From the NCBI RefSeq assembly GCF_039654945.1, contig NW_027361878.1:21204001-21268000 (forward strand): a stretch of 64,000 nt of DNA, read 5' to 3'. Below the pieces are notes generated by a model. The model was not told the origin of the DNA. It ran no database searches and worked only from the letters and a program-made list of their open reading frames with translations. This DNA is from Dendrobates tinctorius (lineage: Eukaryota). Below, in pieces: positions 54,350-64,000 of this stretch (the first letter of the stretch is position 1; every line of letters starts with the position of its first letter). Both the position numbers and the translations under genes were made by a program.

Positions 54350-56117
54350 GTTTGTCATTACCCCTATCAGAAAGGCGACCGAAGAACAGTTGGCCTTGGA
54401 AGCAGAGATCCTGAACCTGATAGACAAGCAGGTCCTTTACAAAGTCCCAAACACACAGGAGAGAAGAGGGTTCTATTCCCCCCTTTTTCTGATAAAGAAA
54501 CCGGGTCAATCATTCAGGACAATTATAAACCTCAGAGGGCTCAATCGGTAGATAAGGAATCAGACTATCAAGATGGAGTCAGTGGCTACGGCCATAAAGC
54601 TACTACATCAAGATTGTTTTATGACCGTAGTCGATTTGAAGGATGCGTATTATCACATCCCTATCCATGCAGATTACCAAAAATACTTCAGGGTAGCTCT
54701 TTATATCCAAGGCGTACTGAGGCATTTCCAATTCAGAGCTCTTCCATTTGGCATATCTATAGCCCCGAGGGTTTTCACCAAAGTCATAGCAGATGTAACG
54801 GCCTTCCTCCGGATTCACGATACGGTCATAGTACCCTACTTGGACGATTTCCTTATAGTGGGCAGCTCAGAGAACCACTGCACGGCGCAGTTGAACCGTG
54901 TGACTGACACCTTACAAGAATTAGGGTGGATAATAAATTTCAAAAAGTCAAAACTACGACCCCTAAGAAAAACAGACCTTCCTGGGATTTATCCTGGATT
55001 CAGAACAGCAGGCGTGTCTGCTTCCGGATACCAAAGTAGAGAAGGTACAGAACATGGCTTTGGCTGCCCGAAACCAACCGCATATGACATTGAGAAATGC
55101 GATGTCTCTACTAGGTACCCTGACATCCTGCATTCTGGCGGTTAGGTGGGCTCAATTTCACACCCGTCAGCTCCAGTGGGAGATACTATCAGCACAAAGA
55201 TCGCTAAGAGAGCGTTTAGAAGGAAGGCTGGAGCAATCCTTAGAGACCAGCGACTCTCTCAACTGGTGGCTGGACAGTACAAACTTGGCCTCAGGAATAC
55301 CTTGGGACAAACAGACGACAGACGTGATTCTAACAGACGCAAGCTCCTTGGGGTGGGGGGCACACCTAAGGGGTCATGTAGTCCAGGGTTCCTTTACGCC
55401 TCAAGAAATGGGGGCATCTTCCAACCTGAGAGAACTATGGGTAGTGAACAAAGCCCTAAGCCACTTCATTCCGCTACTCAGGGGTCGCAATGTCCGCATC
55501 ATGTCGGACAACAAAGTAATGGTGGCGTACATCAACCACCAAGGGGGACAAGATCACAATCCCTAATGAAGGCAGCAGACGACATTCTTGGCAGAGCGGA
55601 GCAACACCTACACTCATTAACAGCCTTACACATAAAAGGGGCAGAAAAAACATAGAGGCCGATTTCCTGAGCCGCAATACTCTGAGGCAAGGAGAATGGG
55701 CTCTAAATCGGTCCATTTTTCAAAGAATAACGCAGCTTTGGTGGAAGCCAGTGATAGACCTCTTTGCCAACAAGCACAACAGGCAAACAGAAAGGTTTTG
55801 CTCACTAAACCCGAGGAAAAATCCATGGGCAGTGGACTCATTGCACATTCAGTGGAACTTCAGGCTAGCTTATGCGTTCCTCCCCAGTGGCTCTGATCCC
55901 AACATTTGTCAAGAAGATCAGGAACGATCAAGCCAGGGTGATTCTAATAGCCCCATTTTGGCCAAAAAGGCCCTGGTTTGCTCTACTGCGAAGAATGTCC
56001 CTCTCCGATCCATGGGTTCTGCCAGAAATCCCGGACCTACTAGCTCAAGGCCCAGTATTCCACGCTCAGGTCAAAGGATTCCATCTGACGGCGTGGAAAT
56101 TGAAAGGTCGCTTTTAA
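54350..56117 (+). pseudogene. DIRS RT / RNase H / methyltransferase-like ORF, disrupted
   Basis: GFYSPLFLIKK, DLKDAYYHIPI, LPFG, YLDD, TDASSLGWG, SDN, IDLFA, YAF(PP), LIAPFWPKRPWF. Confidence 0.93.
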
Positions 56118-57780
56118 TGGATAGAGGGTTCTCCCCCGGGTTGGTAGCCACCCTGCTTAAGAGTAGGAAACCGGTGACAACTAATACCTACGGCAGAACA
56201 TGGAATACATTCCTATAGTTCCTAGGTAAGCCTTTAGAAAAGAACCCCCGATTAGTGCCATCTTGGAGTTTTTATAATCAGGGTTGCAGCTGGGGTTAGC
56301 GGTAAACAGTCTTAAAGTCCAGGTATCTGCGCTAGGAGCGCTCTCTAACTGCAACTTGGCAGCAAATAGATGGGTAGCCAGATTCATCAAATCCTGCCAT
56401 AGGGCTAGGCCTATCCCAATACCCAGAATAACCCCTGGGATTTAAACCTAGTACTAGAGGCCCTTACAAAGGAACCATATGAGCCGTTACATCAGCTCCC
56501 CATAAAATTTCTGACCCTAAAGACGATCATTTTAGTGGCCCTTACATCGGCCCGTAGAATAAGCGACTTGCAGGCTCTCGCGGTAAATCCACCCTATACA
56601 CAAGTTTTTCAGGACAGGGTGGTATTGAGAACAGACCCCGCTTATCTGCCTAAGGTAGCATCAAATTTCCATCGGGGGCAGGAGATTATCCTCCCATCCT
56701 TCTGCGACAATCCAAAAAATGCAGGGGAGGAAAAATTTCATAGTTTGGACGTCAAGAGAGCCCTATTAGAATACATATCTGTCACTAGCCAGTGGAGGAG
56801 GTCCCAGTCCCTATTCGTAGCTTTTCAGGGTGCCAGGAAAGGCTATGGGGTTTTAAAAGGGACTATTGCTAGATGGAAGCAGTTAGTGTAGCGTACTCAG
56901 CTAGTGGTGTTCCGATTCCTGACGGCATTAAGGCTTATTCCACCAGAGCCGTGGCGACCTCCTGGGCTGAAAAGGCAGAGGTATCGATAGAACAAACTTG
57001 TAAGGCCGCTACCTGGGACTCACCTTCAACCTGATTAAGCACTATAGATTAAATCTATCCTCCTCTGCTGACTTAACCTTTGTTATACCCATGATCCTAA
57101 GTCAAAAAGGCAATAGTCACTTCGATAAACATATCCCAAACAGAAATCATCACGGAAGGTGCCGTGAGGATCCAAGAAGTGAAAAACAATGATATTGATA
57201 AAAATGTAAATTTTTATTGATTACAGATTAAAAATAACAAATTATATTAAAAAGACAGGACTAATGGTCTCCAACATGGGGAGTAAGGAAAAAACCAGCA
57301 AAAAGGTATATGGTATCTCCACAGTGTGCAAACAGCTATTTCAAGTATATCCAAAATTCTGAAAGAATCAGAAAGAATCCCTCCAAAGCCAGAAAAAAGC
57401 AAAGTATTTGAGGCCTATGTTCCAACAGCAGTTACAAAGAACTTGCCAAAATTGGGTGCTATGAGCACTACAAAAAAGAAAAGAAAAAATGGCCTAGTAT
57501 GAAGGATGGCTAGGGAGGGAAATAATAGGCAGGAGTTATATCCAGAAAAGGGGCACAGCATGAATTAATGACATGGATGAAAATAGTGCAATAATAGTGA
57601 TAAGATTTTACCTGTCGCTGACCACTGTAAAATGAGGCCGATGAAATGGCTGAAAGCTGGTGAACCTAGTTCCCCCACCGCCGCCCGACAGCACTGTTTC
57701 GCATAAGTTGCTTCCTCCCGGGGCGTTCGGGTGACTTAACCTTTGGTAGAAGGGTGCTGCAAGCGGTGGTCCCTCCCTAA
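56099..57780 (+). pseudogene. DIRS tyrosine recombinase, disrupted and split by insertion 57083-57731
   Basis: ALTSARRISDL, HSLDVKR, KAYSTRAVATSWA (HxxR box mutated), KHYR; C-terminus ADLTFGRRVLQAVVPP* restored after removing the insert. Confidence 0.92.
57083..57731 (-). mobile_element. 649-bp Penelope-like/retrozyme-like insertion with terminal hammerhead-like fold
   Basis: 14-bp TSD TGACTTAACCTTTG (57069-57082, 57732-57745); hammerhead-like motif at 57678-57730(-); minus-strand AATAAA near 57212. Confidence 0.8.
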
Positions 57781-57802
57781 GGTGTTTCGAAGTCTCCAAA
57801 AA

Positions 57803-57887
57803 TCTCTCAGGTGTGCTGTCATGGGTGAAGGGAAAACCACCATGGTTACTTACCGGTAGCCGTTTTTTCCGGAACCCATGACAGCAC
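57803..57887 (+). other. DIRS internal complementary region (ICR)
   Basis: TCTCTCAGGTGTGCTGTCATGGGTGAAGGGAAAA complements the left terminus; AAAACCACCATGGTTACTTACCGGT... complements the right terminus. Confidence 0.93.
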
Positions 57888-59162
57888 CCGTATATTCCCT
57901 CCCCCTTTTCACCATATGGGTGTGCACGATTAGTAGGATGCTTTTGTGTGATGTGGTGTTGGATTAACATGTAACTAACCGGGAAGTCCTCTCAATGCTC
58001 TGTAACCCAACTGAAGCGGGGGAGAGGTGCCGCCCCTTATATCTCAGTAGGTTCCTGTCCTGGTGGAGCGGATCCCTCTCTCAGGTGTGCTGTCATGGGT
58101 TCCGGAAAAACCGGCAACCGGTAAGTAACCATGGTGGTTTTTTAATTGTACGGATGTACGTCAAACTTCTGTGAAGCCCTTGGGGGTTCAAAGTTCTCAC
58201 CACATATCTAGATAAGTTCCTTGGGGGGTCTAGTTTCCAAATGGTGTCATTTGTGGGGGGTTTCCACTGTTTAGGCGCATCAGGGGCTTTCCAAACGTGA
58301 CATGGCATCCGATCTCAATTTCAGCCAATTTTGCATTGAAAAAGTTAAATGGCGCTCCTTCCCTTCTGAGCTCTGCCATGCGACGAAACATTCCCCTTCA
58401 CATATCAGGTATCAGTGTACTCAGGACAAATTGCACAATAACTTTTGCAGTCCAATTTCTCCTGTTACCCTTGGTAAAATAAAAAAAAAAATTGGACCTG
58501 AAGTAATTTTTTTGTGAAAAAAAAGTTAAAATGTTCATTTTTTAAACATTCAAAAAAAATTATTGTGAAGCACTTGAAGGGTTAATAAACTTCTTGAATG
58601 TGGTTTTGAGCACCTTGAGGGTGCAGTTTTTAGAATGATGTCACTTTTGGGTATTTTCTATCATATAGACCCCTCAAAGTGACTTCAAATGTGATGTGGT
58701 CCCTGAAAAAAAATGGTGTTGTAAAAATGTGAAATCGCTGGTCAAATTTTAACCCTTATAACTTCACCCTTATAACTTCCTAAAAAAAAAAAAAAAAAAT
58801 TGGTTCCAAAATTTGCTGATGTAAACATGTGGGAAATGTTACTTATTAAGTTTTTTGTGTGCCGTATCTCTGTGATTTAAGGGCACAAAAATTCAAAGTT
58901 GAAAAATTGCGAAATTTTCAAAGTTTTCGACAAATTTCCGTTTTTTTCACAAGTAAACGCAAGTTATATGAATGAAATTTCACCACTAAAATGAAGTAAA
59001 ATATGTCACGAGAAAACAATGTCAGAATCACCGGGATCCATGGAAGCGTTCCAGAGTCATTACCTCATAAAGGGACAGTGGTCAGAATTGTAAAAATTGG
59101 CCCGGTCATGAACGTGCAAACCACCCTTGGAGGTAAAGGGGTTAAATAGACTGTATGGTTTA

Positions 59163-59645
59163 GGCCTGTTTCACACATCAGTTTTTTTGGTCAGTCAAAA
59201 TCCGCTAAAATGGCGGATAACGGATCCGTTCGTGTACTGACCACAACGTTTGGCACCGGACCGTTATTTTAACGGATCCGTCAAAGGAAGAATTTTAAAG
59301 GAACCGCTGCCTAGGGGGGGAGGGGAGAGAGAGAGCGTTTTTCAGCCGCCAGAACAGTTTAGGGTTAAATTTGCAGCTGAGTGAAGTCTTTCGGGCATGC
59401 GCAGTGAGAAATGCGGATCCGGCCGCCCGAAAAAACGTTGCATGGTCCGTTCGGGCATGTCGGCGGACGTCAAAATTTTGGCGGATCCGCAAAAAAAGGA
59501 TCCAACGGATGGCCATCCGTCAAGATCCGCCGGTAATGCAAATCAATGGGAAAAAAAAACGGATCCGCCAAGATAAATGGCGGATCCGTTTTTTTTGCAA
59601 AACGGATTTTGACTGATGGACACAAACGGATGTGTGAAACAGGCC
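59163..59645. mobile_element. Harbinger-type MITE
   Basis: TTA|GGCCTGTTTCACACATC ... GATGTGTGAAACAGGCC|TTA, perfect 17-bp TIR. Confidence 0.9.
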
Positions 59646-60034
59646 TTAGATGTCTGTTCTCTATATCATTTCATGTCCCTGTAAATCTTTTTTTTTTTTT
59701 TTTTTTTTTTAAACAAGGATAACATCCTAAAAAGCAAAAGTGTAAGGCTCACGTCATATCTTGTTAGGTTATTATAGGACCAATGACAAATATCTGTTAT
59801 TACTTATTTGACAGATCTATAATGTTATGTTGATCAGTGATCAAAGTTTATTGATTACCTGATCAACCAGTGACCCAGACAGAGGTCTGAATGTATACAT
59901 ACATCAAGCAAGCGATATTCAATAATAGGAATCCCATATAAAGAATAGTGTGTGAGAAAGGCATTGTATGCATATTCCCGTGGAGTCATAATATCATATG
60001 CATACTTGTTATCGCTATGAGGAAAAAGGGAAAT

Positions 60035-61680
60035 AGGCTGATGCAAAACTTTGGACACCCTGCATGGTTAGTACCATCTGCCACCCCTTTTTGCAAGCAT
60101 CACAGCGTGTAAACACTTTTTGTGTCTTTTAATTCTTGTTTGAGAGATTTTCATCCATTCTTCCTTGGACAATTCTTCCAGTGCTGTGAGATTCCTGGTT
60201 CGTCTTGCATGCTCTGCTATTTTGAGGTCTAGCCACAGATATTCAATGATGTTCAGATCAGGGGACTGTGAGGGCCATTGTAAAACTTTGAGCTTGCGCC
60301 CTTTGAGGTAGTCTATTGTGGATTTTGAGGTGTGTTTAGGATCATTATCCATTTGTAGAAGCCATCCTATTTTCATTTCAGCTTTTTAACAGATAGTGTT
60401 ATGTTTTCATCAAGAATATGTTGAAATTTCATTAAATGCATTCTTCTCTCTACCAACAAAATGTTCCCAGTGCCATTGGCTGCAACAGAAACCCAAAGCA
60501 TGATTGATTCACTACCAAGCTTAATGGTTGATGAAATGTTCTTTTGCTGAAATTCTGTGCTCATTTTTTTTTCACACATTCAGGTGCTTCTCGCAAAATT
60601 GCATTAGGCTTGTTTAGATGTTCTTTTGCATACTTTAATGGTGCTATATAAATAAATAATAAAATGATAATACTTATGATACTGAATTTTATGGTGAGGA
60701 TGGAGTAGAGGTTTTTTTTTCTGATGAATCTTTCTGAAGGTCTTTTGCAGTCAAGCGGGGGATCTGATTTGCCTCTCTCTACAAGTGTCTCACTGAAAAT
60801 TTGCTTGGTTTCCCAGACCTTATCTTGACCTCCACTGTTCCTGTTAACTGCCATTTCTTAATTACATTTCGAACTGAGGAAAGGGCAACTTGAAAATGCT
60901 TTGCTATCTTTTTATAGCCTTATCCTGCTTTGTGGACCTCCACCATTTTCATTTTCCAACTGCTAGGCTGGGTTTTTATAAAGCTGGGACATTTGCATCA
61001 CCTGGCCTTTCCTAATAATGATTGTGAACAAGCCATAAGCCTATCAGGCTAATTAAGGTCTGAAATCTTAAGGCCCCTTTACATTTAGCGATGCATCAGC
61101 GATCCCGACTACAATATGACCCGGTCAGGATCGCTGGTGCATCGCTAAATGGTCGCTAGTGAGCTGCCAAACAGGCAGATCTCACCAGCGACGTAGCGAT
61201 GCTCGGTGGTTGTACTTACCTTTCAGATGAAGCGATGACCGCCGTCTTCCACCCGCGTACATAGCTCGCTCGTCGGCGCCAGCAGGAAGCCGACGATGAG
61301 AAATGGACGTGGACGATCTCGCGCGATCAGCGATAGCCAGCGGGGGAGCCGGTCGGAGGTAAGTATCAAATGTAGCGATATCGCTGCTGCGTCACAAAAT
61401 CGGTGACGCTTTAGTGATATCGCTATGTGTAAAGCCCCCTTTAGTTAAAGTTATCTGAACACACAAATTCCCATGGGTGCCTAAAATTTGCATAGGCCAA
61501 TTTTCCTTTTTTGTAATTTTTAAAAATGTAAAAAAAATTACAATATTTTCTCCTCCTAAAAAATACAAAGGAAATGTGTCATCTTTAACTTTATCCCTTT
61601 TAGAGATCATTTTATCTTCAACTTGCTTAACTGTGCACAATAACAGTCATTTTGACCAGGGATGCCCAAACTTGCAGCTG
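60035..61680 (-). mobile_element. Degenerate Tc1 element
   Basis: Minus-strand LQMDNDPKH...[17 protein letters not shown]; terminal GGATGCCCAAACTT near 61670; multiple frameshifts. Confidence 0.85.
61071..61440. mobile_element. Harbinger-type MITE nested in Tc1
   Basis: TTA|AGGCCCCTTTACATTTAGCGAT ... ATCGCTATGTGTAAAGCCCCCT|TTA; many AGCGA/TCGCT motifs. Confidence 0.8.
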
Positions 61681-64000
61681 TCTTTATACATAGTTTTTAG
61701 GTCACCTTATGTTCATGTTTTATTTCTTTCTAAGCTAAAAACTTTGTTTTGCACCGATTTTACTTTGCTTGCCCGCCTGTGAACCCACTCAAGCTCTACA
61801 CAATATTTCAAGTGAGGATTGACCACTGATTTGTAAAGTGGTAGAGTTGTTCTAATCATGAGCATCTCTGCCTCTTTTGATGCAGCCCATGATTTTTACT
61901 TGCCTTGGCAGCAGCTGCCTGGCATTGGTTGCTAAAGCTAAATGGGCTGTATCAAGTTGCTAAGTTATCTTTGGTTGGATAGGGAATAGCTTATTGATCG
62001 CAGGGGGGTCTGACCACTAGGTCAATCACCGAATCGGACAACAAGCCCTATTTAAATGGAGTGGAGGTTGACCATGTGCACCTTTGCTCCATTTATTTTC
62101 CATGTGACTGTCAGAAATAGGATTGTCTGCATTCCTAAATCATTACCAAACAACAATGCATTTGTACAATCCACCTCATCCAATCCTAAGTGTATTATAC
62201 ATGATACCTGATGCATTATCATTACTATCTCATGTGTTGTTTCACCGGAGAAGAGAGCGAGCGGCAGGAACATCATATAATTTAATTTCTTAAGTATATG
62301 TGAAGCAAAAAAAAAAAACACTATTCTCCATGGAGAGAAAATAATGATGTCTTGTTTTATAGCAATGACATTTCTCTCCACCATGTATGGGGCTTCAAGA
62401 AGTAGTTAAGACTTGCACGTAGTGAGAAAATGCGTGGGCAGTGTATTATAGGGGATGCTTAATAAAGAGAAATAATAATTAGAGTAGTTATTTCTTTTGA
62501 AAAAGAAATCACAAACATATGACTGTGACTTATTGGTCCATCGGGAACCACAGAGCTAAGAAACATGAAATATACGGGACGCGCCCAGCCCAGAGAATGT
62601 GTGGTGTAATATTCCTATGTAAGACTGTGCACATGTCCCTTCAGTCCTAGCAAGCACACATGACCTATTACAGTATAGAAAGAGTGTAGTCCGCCACGGC
62701 ACAGGGGGAGCAGTAAAATCTGACTCCAAAGTCCCAGCGCCTTCAATGCTGAGCGAAGCAAAGCCCTTCACTCAGCTTCATTTTATGTTTTTGTCCTATA
62801 TAGCTTGTTAGTTTTTCATGACGGGGACAGCAGTGTGGTTTATAGCACTTGACATTTACAACATATATAGGATGAATGGTTTTTATGACATTAGCTGAAG
62901 CATTTCCAACCAAAGTACAAATAGAGGATGTGCATCCCATTCAACATACAGTATAGGGAAAATAAATTCTGCATCTTCCCACATAGTAGGAATTGGCTTG
63001 GTTCACACCGGGTATTGGTATGTTGTTGTTTTTTTGTGGTGTCTTACATATAACATATTCCTTTCATATAGTAAAGGGGTGGGCAATTAATGAGAAACTG
63101 GAGCTGCTGTGGAGAGCTGGGTTCAGACAGCCGGGTTGTGGACGTGAATGACTCCATGTTCAGCTTCGTACGCTCGTCGACATTACAGACAGGTACTGGA
63201 GCTGCCTTTACCTTACATGGACCAAACTAGAGCAGTTTTTTTCATACAGGCCATTGGTCAGTGTGGCAAATTGGACACGTGCACTGGCTATAATGTGCTC
63301 AAACTGGTCTAGTCTGGGGGAGTTTGCCAAGGTGACTCCCATCTTTAATTATTTGCAAACTATTTAGCTGGGTTTCTATATATCGGAGGAGAAAAAGGGA
63401 GTCTATTTTATGCCATTAGAAATTAAATACAAAATTTTATTGATATCAATGTTACAAAATTTGTTAAACATGTCAAGTAGTACAAGGGATACAAATAGGT
63501 CTCCATTATATCAACACTGTCTATCGCAGTTGGTAGCCACTAGACAAGAAGAGATTCCAACTAAGGTAATGTATAAAAAGTAATATGTTTATTAATGAAA
63601 ATCAATAATAATAAAAAAACATAGTTACAATAAAAGAAGGATAAAAAGACAGGGCAAAAAGCTCCAAACAAGAGAGGGGAGGGAGACACAACAATTGTTG
63701 AAGCAGGTAAATAAATAAATGAGGGACTGACCAGAGTGTGCCAAGATAAGAATATAATGCACCAAAATTAAACATTAATCATAATGAATATGTAATATTC
63801 AGGTATGGAGTATAGAAATAACTATCAAGTATGCCAAAGTAGGATTTTATACCAAGAGTACACTATATACAAAAAATGCAAAGAAAAGTGCAATGTGCAT
63901 ATACAGTATAAAGTGTTGCTAGTGTGAATATAAAAGGCAATTTCTTGAGGTAATATCCAAGCTGCCAAAAAAAACCTCTCAAGGTAAGGGTTGCAAGGAA

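Larger units (their letters stand above)
52797..58140 (+). mobile_element. DIRS1-type tyrosine recombinase retrotransposon
   Basis: Left ITR 52797-52903; right ITR 58004-58100 plus 3' extension to 58140; ICR 57803-57887; inserted in a T-run with no TSD; ORF1, RT/RNaseH/MT and YR remnants. Confidence 0.95.
43941..59141 (+). mobile_element. Non-autonomous piggyBac-like element, copy 2 (pieces 43941-45707, 52616-52796, 58141-59141), host of nested insertions
   Basis: Colinear with copy 1 from about 4679 onward; ends GGTAAAGGGG|TTAA at 59141. Confidence 0.85.

Noticed and set aside
63330-64000. A-rich tracts resembling Penelope-like 3' ends on the minus strand
   Set aside because: No TSD, hammerhead or ORF visible before the window ends

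Overview
Vertebrate genomic DNA, inferred to be a frog (neobatrachian-type repeat landscape: Kolobok and Harbinger MITEs, V-SINEs, IR/DR Tc1, DIRS1, Penelope-like fragments). I find no supportable host protein-coding exon, so the window is probably intergenic or a large intron. The only intact CDS is a 340-aa DD34E Tc1 transposase (46720-47742) with perfect 207-bp TIRs. The main structure is a nested stack at 43941-59141 whose junctions can be read from the sequence. A non-autonomous piggyBac-like element hosts a 5'-truncated L1 (14-bp TSD), which carries the intact Tc1 and a 700-bp solo LTR. The same host also holds a DIRS1 retrotransposon (ITRs plus ICR), whose recombinase gene is split by a 649-bp insertion (14-bp TSD) beginning with a hammerhead-like fold. 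Other highlights are a 335-bp inverted Penelope-type insertion with one canonical hammerhead core (38460-38498), a fold-back hATm-like element, and two hAT MITEs with shared ends but different minisatellite cargo. Family names come from motif recall, not database searches. Everything here fits known element classes; no wholly new system is established.
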